Shown here: piece after piece, positions 8,393 through 17,206 of the stretch
Layout: every line of letters begins with the position of its first letter
Numbering within the stretch: position 1 is the stretch's first letter
Assembly: GCA_026014565.1 (NCBI GenBank)
Contig: JAOZIB010000026.1
Span: forward strand, 13,829 to 77,828
Origin: Candidatus Bathyarchaeum sp.
GTDB lineage: Archaea > Thermoproteota > Bathyarchaeia > Bathyarchaeales > Bathyarchaeaceae
Length of the DNA: 64,000 nt
Direction of reading: 5' to 3'
Position numbers and translations under genes: made by a program
The notes under the pieces: model-generated
The model's database searches: none
Told to the model about the DNA's origin: nothing
Seen by the model: the letters and a program-made list of their open reading frames with translations, nothing else

Positions 8393-9114
8393 CCGCAGTC
8401 GGCATTGGTCCAGGTGCCCTTGAGCACATGACCCTTAAAGCCAAACAAGAAATTGAAAACGCCGATGTTATTGTAGGTTACAAAACGTACGTCAAACTAA
8501 TTGAGCAAATTATCAAACCCGAAACCGAAGTTTTCAGCGGCAACATGGGACAAGAAGTAGACAGAGCCCGAAAAGCCATCCAAAAAGCCCAAGAAAATAA
8601 ACAAGTAGCAGTTATCAGCAGTGGAGATTCAGGAGTTTACGGCATGGCAGGCGTAATTTTAGAAACTGCAGCCCATGAAAATGTAAATGTTCCAATAGAA
8701 GTTGTCCCAGGAGTAACTGCTGCTACTGCGGCCGCGGCAACTTTAGGTGCACCCTTGGTTGGAGATTTCGCTGCCATTAGTTTAAGTGATATTTTGACGC
8801 CATGGGAACTAATAGAAAAACGGTTGCGTGCGGCTGCTGAGGCAGACTTTGGGATTGTTTTGTATAATCCCCAAAGTATGGGACGCAAAAAGCCGTTGGC
8901 AGAGGCTCATAAAATTTTGTTGGAATACCGTGACCCCAAGACTAATGTTGGTATTGTAAAGAACGCAAAAAGGGCTGGAGAAGATGCTGTTATTACGACT
9001 CTAAAAGACATGATGAATTTTGAAATTGATATGTCGACCGTTTTGGTTATCGGAAACTCGAAAACTTACTTGATTGAAGATAAACTGGTTACGCCTAGAG
9101 GTTATAGTTTCTAA
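8290..9114 (+). CDS. cbiH: Cobalt-precorrin-3B (C17)-methyltransferase CbiH (start uncertain)
   Basis: RIAAVGIGPGALEHMTLKA..VIVGYKTYVKLI..VISSGDSGVYGMAG. The only canonical in-frame start is ATG 8290, 103 nt inside cbiG. The conserved part begins at about 8386. Confidence 0.82.
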   Translation: MRKSSVDSCGKKCKTVIEENQSKRRDRGSSRGRIAAVGIGPGALEHMTLKAKQEIENADVIVGYKTYVKLIEQIIKPETEVFSGNMGQEVDRARKAIQKAQENKQVAVISSGDSGVYGMAGVILETAAHENVNVPIEVVPGVTAATAAAATLGAPLVGDFAAISLSDILTPWELIEKRLRAAAEADFGIVLYNPQSMGRKKPLAEAHKILLEYRDPKTNVGIVKNAKRAGEDAVITTLKDMMNFEIDMSTVLVIGNSKTYLIEDKLVTPRGYSF

Positions 9115-9141
9115 ACAAAAAAAGGAGAAGAACAAGTTTCT

Positions 9142-9888
9142 TCATACGCTGGAGCGTTTTAGTGCAACCATAGACATTGTGAAGAAGAAAACTGCAAAGC
9201 ATACAAGCGCCACGATGTTAAGCCATGGAAAAGCTTGTCCTAAGCTTATTGCGCGTAATGATTCGCTGGCGTGGGACAGGGGTAAGAAGTATAGAACGAT
9301 TTTGAGTGCTTCTGGAATTTGGCTTAACGAGAAGAATGTTCCGCTAAGGAAAGTCATAGGTAACAGAACTAGGCTGCTTACGGTGCTCATGTCTTGGTGG
9401 GATTTTGCTAGGAACGACACTAGGACTCCAAAGAAGGAGAAAACAAAGCATGAAAGCACCAAAACTGCAATGAATACTAGATCAATGTGAAGGGTTGGCG
9501 AAAATAGAAAGCCCACTATTAGAAAAGCAACAGAAGTAAATAATCCTCGAACTACACCAATCAGGGCTTTTCCAATTATTATTGAATACACACTGACAGG
9601 AGACATTAAGCATTCATCAAACGAACGAAAGAATAATCTGTCTACGTTTAGTTTTTGTCCTGCGCCTCCAAAACTGACAGTCATTGAGGTTAATGCAATG
9701 ATACCGGGGATAACGAATTCAAGGTAACTGTAGCCGTCAAAGCTGATGCCTTGTCCTAATCCAAAACCAAAGGCTACAAGGTACAAAATTGGATTCACTA
9801 AGCTGGTGGAAAGGGTTCGGACCCATCGCCGTCTTAAGACGCGCAGGTCTACCCATAATACGGAATATATGTCGGTTAACATTCTCAT
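9142..9888 (-). CDS. ABC-2 type transporter permease
   Basis: Six hydrophobic segments and an N-terminal YSVLWVDLRVLRRRWVRTL ABC-2 signature region. It lies directly after its ATPase. Confidence 0.75.
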   Translation of the reverse strand: MRMLTDIYSVLWVDLRVLRRRWVRTLSTSLVNPILYLVAFGFGLGQGISFDGYSYLEFVIPGIIALTSMTVSFGGAGQKLNVDRLFFRSFDECLMSPVSVYSIIIGKALIGVVRGLFTSVAFLIVGFLFSPTLHIDLVFIAVLVLSCFVFSFFGVLVSFLAKSHQDMSTVSSLVLLPMTFLSGTFFSLSQIPEALKIVLYFLPLSHASESLRAISLGQAFPWLNIVALVCFAVFFFTMSMVALKRSSV

Positions 9889-9890
9889 TT

Positions 9891-10754
9891 TTAGTCCTCA
9901 CTTACTTTTTGTCCAGTTAATTCAACAAACACATCTTCAAGGTTTGATTCGCGAATGATGATTGTTTTCATGTTATGTGGTAACATCTGAACATAGTTTT
10001 TTGCTGCCGTTTCATCAGGGAAATAGTTATACTGTGTCCCTAAATCTTCAGTTAAGGTTTCAACAGCAAATAACCCCAATTTTTTGCGAAGCTCCAGAGG
10101 TTCACCAACAGTTACTAGTTTTCCTTGATGAAGAACGCCTACACGGTTGCATAATGCTTCGGCTTCTTCTATGTAATGAGTTGTGAGAAAGATTGAGGTG
10201 CCATCACTGTTCAGTTTGCGTATGAGTTCCCAGATTTTGCGGCGGGTTTGGGCATCTAGTCCTACTGTGGGTTCATCCAAGAAGAGTATTTTTGGTTGGT
10301 GAATCAATGCCCGAACAATCATTGCTCGTTTTTGCAGTCCACCGGAAAGGGTCATAACCATGCGGTCAGCGTATTCTGTTAATCCAACAAATTCAAGAAG
10401 CTCTTGGATACGTCGTTTGCGTTCGGCTCCACCAATATGATGCAACCGAGCGTGCAGTTCCATGTTTTCTATTACGTTCAGGTCGCGGTCCAGACTCATG
10501 TGCTGCTGGGCAATTCCGAATTCTTGTTTTACTTTATTAGATTCAGTTACAACATCAAAGCCGTTTACAAGTGCTCTTCCAGAAGTTGGTTTAGTCAAAG
10601 TGGTTAGCATGCGAATAGTGGTAGTTTTACCTGCACCATTTGGACCTAAGAAACCAAAGACTTCCCCTGAATGAATGTTCAGGTTCAACTCTTTAACTGC
10701 TTTTACTTTGCCATAATTTTTGGTCAAGTTTTCTGTTACGATTATGTCACTCAA
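9891..10754 (-). CDS. ABC transporter ATP-binding protein (DrrA/CcmA-like exporter type)
   Basis: Walker A GPNGAGKTT, signature LSGGLQKR, Walker B ILFLDEPTVGLD. Confidence 0.9.
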   Translation of the reverse strand: MSDIIVTENLTKNYGKVKAVKELNLNIHSGEVFGFLGPNGAGKTTTIRMLTTLTKPTSGRALVNGFDVVTESNKVKQEFGIAQQHMSLDRDLNVIENMELHARLHHIGGAERKRRIQELLEFVGLTEYADRMVMTLSGGLQKRAMIVRALIHQPKILFLDEPTVGLDAQTRRKIWELIRKLNSDGTSIFLTTHYIEEAEALCNRVGVLHQGKLVTVGEPLELRKKLGLFAVETLTEDLGTQYNYFPDETAAKNYVQMLPHNMKTIIIRESNLEDVFVELTGQKVSED

Positions 10755-10757
10755 TAA

Positions 10758-11534
10758 TCAACTACTCCAGTTTTCATTCATTTCATGATTTTTCATGCTC
10801 GCAACCATTGCTTCATGTTTTTTTATGGTTTCAGCAACTGTAACCTTGGTCGTAGCACCAATCAATTCTCCTAACTTTGTGTGTCCACCGGTGTGCCGAA
10901 CTTTCTTGTCAGGGTCGGTTCCAGAAATAACAATCATATTATCGGTTCCTGTTCCTGTTGCTAGCTTTTCAGGAGAAAGAGAGCTCCGAGCATCCATGTC
11001 TTGAAGGGCGGCTGTTTTCGCTTCAGTTCCAGTTATTATGGTTCGGGCAAGGGCACCATCAGTTAAAGTAACGTTAGTTAACAAAATAATGTTAATAGTT
11101 CCAAGAGTGGTCAAATACTTTCCATCATTTTCAATCCAGTTTGCTGTGTCTACTCCAGACCGTAAAGCATTGCCAACGCCACCAGTGGCTAAACAACAAA
11201 CTTTTCGGTCTTTAAACGATTTTTCACATACTGCCAAATTGTTCATGTTGGCTCCTGTGCTCAAAAAAGTAAGATCATCAGCAGGTAGATTCAAAAGGCT
11301 GGGAAATTTTTCTGCAAAAGAAGCGTAGTCTTTCATTGTATTCATTGACAAGTCCAAAGGCTGGTAATGGTTGGCTACATATCGCACTTCACAGTAGCCA
11401 TCCAAAGTGGAAAGAACACGACGTTTCTTGTTAAAAGAAACAAGTAAAGTGTTTACGTCAACGTTTTGATAATTATGGTAAAGAACTTGTGCCCGCACAT
11501 TTTCCAGTTTTAGTTTAATTTCTTTTTTCTCCAT
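10758..11534 (-). CDS. cbiZ: Adenosylcobinamide amidohydrolase CbiZ
   Basis: RRVLSTLDGY.., CCLATGGVGNALRSG and TINIILLTN..GTEAKTAALQDMD match my recollection of the CbiZ family. It sits beside a BtuFCD-like importer, as in archaeal cobinamide salvage loci. Confidence 0.72.
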   Translation of the reverse strand: MEKKEIKLKLENVRAQVLYHNYQNVDVNTLLVSFNKKRRVLSTLDGYCEVRYVANHYQPLDLSMNTMKDYASFAEKFPSLLNLPADDLTFLSTGANMNNLAVCEKSFKDRKVCCLATGGVGNALRSGVDTANWIENDGKYLTTLGTINIILLTNVTLTDGALARTIITGTEAKTAALQDMDARSSLSPEKLATGTGTDNMIVISGTDPDKKVRHTGGHTKLGELIGATTKVTVAETIKKHEAMVASMKNHEMNENWSS

Positions 11535-11551
11535 TTTTTAACCCTTCAGTT

Positions 11552-14500
11552 TTATTTTGACTCTCCTGCTTTTTCAATTAATCCTTCAATATCCAAATAA
11601 ATACGTTGTAACTGATTTTTCATTTCGTCAGCGGCATTCCACAATCCACGATCAATAGCTTCCAAAAACCGTTCAACCATATTTTGAAGCGCATATGGGT
11701 TTACTTCCTTAAACCATTCTTGCATTTTTTTGTCCAGAACATATTTTTCGGCTAGTTTTTCGTACATCCAATCTTCAACAACTTCAACTGTAGCATCCCA
11801 ACCAAATACATAATCAACCGCTCGGGACAGGTCCCCAGCGCCTTGGTATCCGTGACGTTTTTCGCTTTCAATCCATTTGGGGTTTAGAAGACGGGACCGG
11901 AAAATGAATTTTGTTTCTTCATCCGTGTTTCTAAGTTTCACACGGTCAGGGTCAGAGCTGTCCCCACAATAGGAACGTGGAGCTTCACCTTTGAAAGTTT
12001 TAATTGAACAAATCAGGCCCCCATGGATGTCGTACCAGTCGTCTGCGTCTAGTATATCGTATTCGCGGGAGTCCTGATTTTTTACAGTAACATCAATTTT
12101 ACTTAACCGTGACTTGAACTGGTTAGGCACAGATTTGCCATAATTTTTCCGACCATATGCATAACAGCCCCATGTAACGTAGATGTCGCTGAGATCTTTT
12201 TGGGTTTTCCAGTTTTTGGTGTCTACTGCTTCGCTGACTCCAGAGCCGTGAGCCCCGGGTCGGTCGCCAAAGATGCGGTAGCAGGCTTCTTCTTTTGCTT
12301 GTTCTAAACTGATGCCGTGACTTACCCGTTCTTCGATTTCTGCTAAAACATGTTTAGCCAAAAAGTTTTGTTCAGGAGATTCCTTAAGAGTTGCAACCAA
12401 TTCCACTGCTTCGTCAATAAGATTGACAATGTTTGGAAAGGCATCTCGGAACATTCCGCTGATTCGAAGGGTTACATCAACACGGGGACGTTTCAAGGTT
12501 TCAAGAGGAATAACTTCAAGTCCTGTGACTCTGCCGCTGGTTTCTTCCCATACGGGTTTAATGCCCATAAGATAAAGGACTTCAGCTACGTCGTCTCCTT
12601 GAGTTTTCATTGTATCAGTTGCCCAGATTATAATAGCTACATTCTCAGGATATTTTCCTTCTTCCTTCAAATATCGCTTCAACAAAGCATCACCTAAATC
12701 AACTCCAACTTTCCAAGCACCTGAAGAAGGTACTGCACGAGGGTCAACAGAATAAAAATTTCTGCCCGTAGGCAAAATGTCTGCCATACCCCGTGTTGGA
12801 GAACCAGAAGGACCAGATGGGACATACTTGCCGTTGCAGGAACATAAAACGTATTTTAACTCATCAGTAGTAGCAAACAAAGCAGGAACAAGAAAAGATG
12901 AAAGATATGCCAAACATTTTTCGACCTTAGAGTCAGGTTTACCAAGAACACTTTTAGTTAAAACTGGAATGACCATTGTATCGAAGTCAAAAACATGAAA
13001 TTGTTTCACAAGCTCTAAACAAAGATTGTGTACTTCATTTATCACATCACCGTTTGTCTTGCCGTCAGCAAGTAGTTTTCCCCGGTTTGCTAAAAGGTAT
13101 TCATAGTTGTAGCCTTTCATTTCAGCAATTGCTTGCCGCAAAGAAGCAACAGAACCATTACTTAATCGGGTTAACGCAACTAAGAACTCTTCAAGACGAG
13201 AACCTTCAGGAGGTTCACCCAGAATGTGCAAACCATCACGAATCTGAGCATCAGAAAGTTCATTCAAATAATCATGCAAAGTTTCCACAAAAGAGTCAAA
13301 GGCCTCAAAAACAGTTTTTTCATCAATTTTCAAATCATGATCTAGATTGGATTCACAGACTTTGCCCCAAATCAGTTTTTGCATGGTCGGCAGTTTTGCA
13401 GTGTCAGAAGTTTTTGCGTGGTAGTAATCTTTCAATTGAATTTCCAATTTTGCTAGTTCTTCGTACGAGTCAGCGTTGTGCATAACTGGAACTAAATGCT
13501 CAATGATACAACAGTAGCTACGTCGTTTTGCTTGTGTGCCTTCTCCGGGATTGTTTATGATGTAAGGGTAAACATTGGGTAAATCTGAAATTGCTACATC
13601 GGGAAAACAAGAAGCAGAAAGCCCGATAGATTTTCCAGGCAACCATTCTAGAGTGCCATGTTTACCAATATGCAGTATAACATTAGCTTTGAAAACGTCG
13701 CGAATCCAACGGTAATACGCATAATACTGGTGAGAAATAGGAAGGTCTGGACTATGGTAAACACTTGCTGGGTCGTCAAAATAGCCTCTACGGGGTTGGA
13801 GTCCAATGAACACGTTTTTGTTAATTAGCCCAGAAATAAGTAACTGATCATCATAAGTGAAAACAGACCCAGGGGGTTCGTTCCACTGGTTTTCCATTTT
13901 TTCTTGAACATCCATTGGAAGTTCACTAAACCAACTGCCATAGGTTGGAAGAAAAACTTTGGCAGCAGCTCGTTCTGCGAGTTCTTGTGCGCTTGCCCAG
14001 CGGTTGTCGTTTGTTAACCCGTTTATTATTTTGTCGATGATTTCTTTGCCATTTTCAGGTAGGTTTAGTTTGATTCCTGCTTTTTGTAACTCTCGTAAAA
14101 TGTTCCAAACAGAAACCGGTGAATCAAGCCCAAAGGCATGACCAATAAGGTCGTTTCTGGGGGGGTAGTTATGAAAGATTATTGCTACTTTTTTTTCTTC
14201 ATTTGGTATGAATTTCAGTTTAGCCCAGTTTATGGTTAAGCGAACTAGTTTGTCCACTCGTTCAGGAATAGGTTCATACTTGATTATTTTTGTTCCTGTT
14301 GTTGGGTCAACTTCCGAATATTTCATTGCAGCCACAGGCACAGTAATCAGCATACCGTCGAATTCAGGCATTGCAATGTTTGAGGCAATTTCGACCGTGT
14401 GTAGACCTTGTATACTTTCTTGCCAAGCCTTAAGTCGATTTACTGTTAGTACTGCCTTGATAACTGGCACGTCCAGTTTTGTTAATAGTTTGGTTGATTC

Positions 14501-15292
14501 ATCAGAACACGACAAAGTGGACAACGAAAAAGACAAAACACTAATTACAGCGTCAACTAATGCTTTGCCGTTTTTCATGAAATAATTTTCAATAATCCAT
14601 TCTACGCTTTTCACCCCTAAATTGGGGTCTTTGGCGCCACTGAAAAAAACTGCCAGAACATTTACTCCTTTGCTTTCAAGTTTTTCGATGATAAAATCCA
14701 CATAATCTAAATCATTTGCTTGCCATGAAACTTGATGAAACCATAATCCAATTGTTGGTTTACCGTTAACTATTTTTTTTGAAATATATTCGTCAATGGA
14801 AGGCAGTTCAGAAAAATCAGGATGATAAATTCCTTGCCAGGCCAAAGGTGTTGGTGGGTCAAATTCATAGGTTTTTCCTGTAAAACGGTTGGATATGTAC
14901 AAAAATAGGTTTTCAAAATTCTTTTTTCCGCCATAATTGAGGTATTTTAGGATGTTTTGATAATCATTATTTTCAACTGTAGAGGCATTAATGAACTCAG
15001 GGGACGGATTAAGGGAGGAAGATGCAACAAAAACCGGGACGTTTGCTTTTTCAAGGGCAGACAAAAGGTTTTGGTAACAAGGAAGTTGTCCCATCATATG
15101 GACAATAACAAAATGAGAAGCAGTAGCAAACTGAAGTAAATGATCAACATTCTCAAAGTCTTTAGAGTCAGCACCAGTTTGCAGAAAAAATTCCAGAATT
15201 TTTCCGTTTTTTTCATTTATGGAGTTGGCAGCAGCAACAAAAGGTACCGCATCAGTAGGAATGTTTGATATGAAGGCAACCTTTGTTGTCAC
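11552..15292 (-). CDS. cobN: CobN/Mg-chelatase H family large subunit (class I chelatase), paralogue 1
   Basis: 1246 aa. Conserved blocks: IIFHNYPPRND, YHSPDL..HQYYAYYRWIR, HIGKHGTLEWLPGK, GEGTQAKRRSY and NQDSREYDILD. Confidence 0.9.
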   Translation of the reverse strand: MTTKVAFISNIPTDAVPFVAAANSINEKNGKILEFFLQTGADSKDFENVDHLLQFATASHFVIVHMMGQLPCYQNLLSALEKANVPVFVASSSLNPSPEFINASTVENNDYQNILKYLNYGGKKNFENLFLYISNRFTGKTYEFDPPTPLAWQGIYHPDFSELPSIDEYISKKIVNGKPTIGLWFHQVSWQANDLDYVDFIIEKLESKGVNVLAVFFSGAKDPNLGVKSVEWIIENYFMKNGKALVDAVISVLSFSLSTLSCSDESTKLLTKLDVPVIKAVLTVNRLKAWQESIQGLHTVEIASNIAMPEFDGMLITVPVAAMKYSEVDPTTGTKIIKYEPIPERVDKLVRLTINWAKLKFIPNEEKKVAIIFHNYPPRNDLIGHAFGLDSPVSVWNILRELQKAGIKLNLPENGKEIIDKIINGLTNDNRWASAQELAERAAAKVFLPTYGSWFSELPMDVQEKMENQWNEPPGSVFTYDDQLLISGLINKNVFIGLQPRRGYFDDPASVYHSPDLPISHQYYAYYRWIRDVFKANVILHIGKHGTLEWLPGKSIGLSASCFPDVAISDLPNVYPYIINNPGEGTQAKRRSYCCIIEHLVPVMHNADSYEELAKLEIQLKDYYHAKTSDTAKLPTMQKLIWGKVCESNLDHDLKIDEKTVFEAFDSFVETLHDYLNELSDAQIRDGLHILGEPPEGSRLEEFLVALTRLSNGSVASLRQAIAEMKGYNYEYLLANRGKLLADGKTNGDVINEVHNLCLELVKQFHVFDFDTMVIPVLTKSVLGKPDSKVEKCLAYLSSFLVPALFATTDELKYVLCSCNGKYVPSGPSGSPTRGMADILPTGRNFYSVDPRAVPSSGAWKVGVDLGDALLKRYLKEEGKYPENVAIIIWATDTMKTQGDDVAEVLYLMGIKPVWEETSGRVTGLEVIPLETLKRPRVDVTLRISGMFRDAFPNIVNLIDEAVELVATLKESPEQNFLAKHVLAEIEERVSHGISLEQAKEEACYRIFGDRPGAHGSGVSEAVDTKNWKTQKDLSDIYVTWGCYAYGRKNYGKSVPNQFKSRLSKIDVTVKNQDSREYDILDADDWYDIHGGLICSIKTFKGEAPRSYCGDSSDPDRVKLRNTDEETKFIFRSRLLNPKWIESEKRHGYQGAGDLSRAVDYVFGWDATVEVVEDWMYEKLAEKYVLDKKMQEWFKEVNPYALQNMVERFLEAIDRGLWNAADEMKNQLQRIYLDIEGLIEKAGESK

Positions 15293-15314
15293 TAAATTCA
15301 GCTCAAAGGTGAAA

Positions 15315-16139
15315 TCAGAGTCTAGTCATAATTTTTGGGGGTAAAATGTTTCCCAAATTTTTGGTTTCTGATTCTATAGGTGTGACTTGGGGCAGGCCAA
15401 CAATTGATTTTGTTACTTTTGATTTAATTCCATATACTGCTTCGATGTTTTCTTCAGTCATGACGGTTTCTGGAGTGCCAACAGAGTAGATTTGACCTTC
15501 TTTTATTAGAACTAATCGGTCAGAGAATCTGCATGCAAGGTTTAGGTCATGTATGGAAATGACTACGGAGCAGTGTTTGCGTTGAGCTAAAGTTCTAAGG
15601 ATGCACAAGATTTCTAGTTGATGGCGAATGTCTAGTGAACTAGTGGGTTCATCCAAAAGTATGATTTCGGGTTGTTGGGCTAATGCACGGGCGATGATAA
15701 CTTTTTGTTGTTCTCCACCGCTTAGTTCGTTAAAGTAACGCATGCCCAAATGAGCGATACCAAGGTAATCTAAGATTTTAGCAACGATTTCTTTGTCGTT
15801 TCTGCCTAGACTCCACTGAACATAGGGCCTTCTTCCCATTAGAACAACATCAAAAACGGTGAAAGGAAAAACGTTCTTAGAACTCTGGGGAACATAGCCC
15901 ATCACTTTAGCTAGTTCTTTGAGTCCGATGTCTGAAATGTCTTTGTTGTCAATTAGTATGGTGTTTTTTTCAGTTTTTAGAATTCGGTTCATGCATTTTA
16001 AGAGGGTACTTTTTCCAGAACCGTTTGGTCCAACAATACCCAATACTTCACCGAATTCTACTTTTAGGTTAAAGTCGTTTAGAACAGGATTTCCAGTGTA
16101 ACTAAACGCCAAATTGTTTATTTCTAAATTCAACCCCAA
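15315..16139 (-). CDS. ABC importer ATPase, FepC/BtuD (iron-siderophore/cobalamin) type
   Basis: Walker A GPNGSGKST, signature LSGGEQQKV, Walker B ILLDEPTSSLD. It overlaps the upstream permease gene. Confidence 0.9.
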   Translation of the reverse strand: MGLNLEINNLAFSYTGNPVLNDFNLKVEFGEVLGIVGPNGSGKSTLLKCMNRILKTEKNTILIDNKDISDIGLKELAKVMGYVPQSSKNVFPFTVFDVVLMGRRPYVQWSLGRNDKEIVAKILDYLGIAHLGMRYFNELSGGEQQKVIIARALAQQPEIILLDEPTSSLDIRHQLEILCILRTLAQRKHCSVVISIHDLNLACRFSDRLVLIKEGQIYSVGTPETVMTEENIEAVYGIKSKVTKSIVGLPQVTPIESETKNLGNILPPKIMTRL

Positions 16140-17206
16140 CTTTGCCTCCTTCTACTTAACAAGATGTAAATGAAGAATGGAACACCCAACAGTGAAGTTA
16201 TTATTCCTACAGGAAACTCCACAGGGGGCATAACAGTTCGTGCTAAGGTGTCTGATGCTAAAAGCAAACAAGAACCAATAACTGTGCAGCACGGTAAAAG
16301 GAATCTGTGGTCACTGCCGATTATCATCCGCGCGAGGTGAGGAGAAATCAAGCAGATGAACCCAATGACCCCAGTAAATGAGATAATAGTTGATGTTGCG
16401 AGAGTTCCTAAAATCATGGAAACCAGCAAAACTCGTTTAGAGTTAACTCCAAGACTGGTTGCTACTTCTTCGCCTAGGCTCATGACGTTTAGGTCCCAAG
16501 ATTGTTTCATCATCAAAAGAATAGAAAACAACACAATAGGAAGAGTAATGAAAACACTATCCCACGAGGCTTTTTGGAAAGAGCCCAAAAGCCAAAAAAC
16601 TACAGCTCGAACAGCTTCGTGTTCGGGAGCCAAGAACTGAATTAATGATAGTAAAGCAGAAAACAAAAATCCGACTGCTACACCGGCCAAAATTACTGTT
16701 TCGGAAGATATTCCACGTATACGGGCAATGCCTAGTACTAACATCATTGCAAGAAAACTGAAAATAAAAGCGTTAATGACAGTCACATAATTGGCGTATT
16801 GTGCCAAAATACCTACACCAAATACTATGGATAAAGCTGCGCCAAAACCTGCAGCTGAAGAAATTCCTAAGATGTAAGAGGAAACCAAAGGGTTGCGGAG
16901 CACGCCTTGCATGACTGCACCAGAAGCAGAAAGCCCTGCACCAGCAATGATTGCCAAGGCAATTCGGGGTAGTCGTAAGTCCATAATAATTATCTGGGTT
17001 ATTGTTGTACACGGGTCAAAATCAAAAGAGGGAAAAATCTTATACATAATAACATTGAAGGCTTCATTAAATCCTGGTGAGCCAGCACCAAGACTAACTG
17101 CAATAACTGAAACTACAACTAAAGTTACTAAAATAGAAAGAATAGCAAGAACCTTGCGGCTCTTGCCTTGAGAATAAAGAGACTCAAGCTCTGCAGCGGA
17201 ACTCAT
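16130..17206 (-). CDS. FecCD/BtuC-family ABC importer permease
   Basis: About 10 TM segments. RLPRIALAIIAGAGLSASGAVMQGVLRNPL and GVIGFICLISPHLAR are FecCD-family hallmarks. Confidence 0.9.
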   Translation of the reverse strand: MSSAAELESLYSQGKSRKVLAILSILVTLVVVSVIAVSLGAGSPGFNEAFNVIMYKIFPSFDFDPCTTITQIIIMDLRLPRIALAIIAGAGLSASGAVMQGVLRNPLVSSYILGISSAAGFGAALSIVFGVGILAQYANYVTVINAFIFSFLAMMLVLGIARIRGISSETVILAGVAVGFLFSALLSLIQFLAPEHEAVRAVVFWLLGSFQKASWDSVFITLPIVLFSILLMMKQSWDLNVMSLGEEVATSLGVNSKRVLLVSMILGTLATSTIISFTGVIGFICLISPHLARMIIGSDHRFLLPCCTVIGSCLLLASDTLARTVMPPVEFPVGIITSLLGVPFFIYILLSRRRQSWG

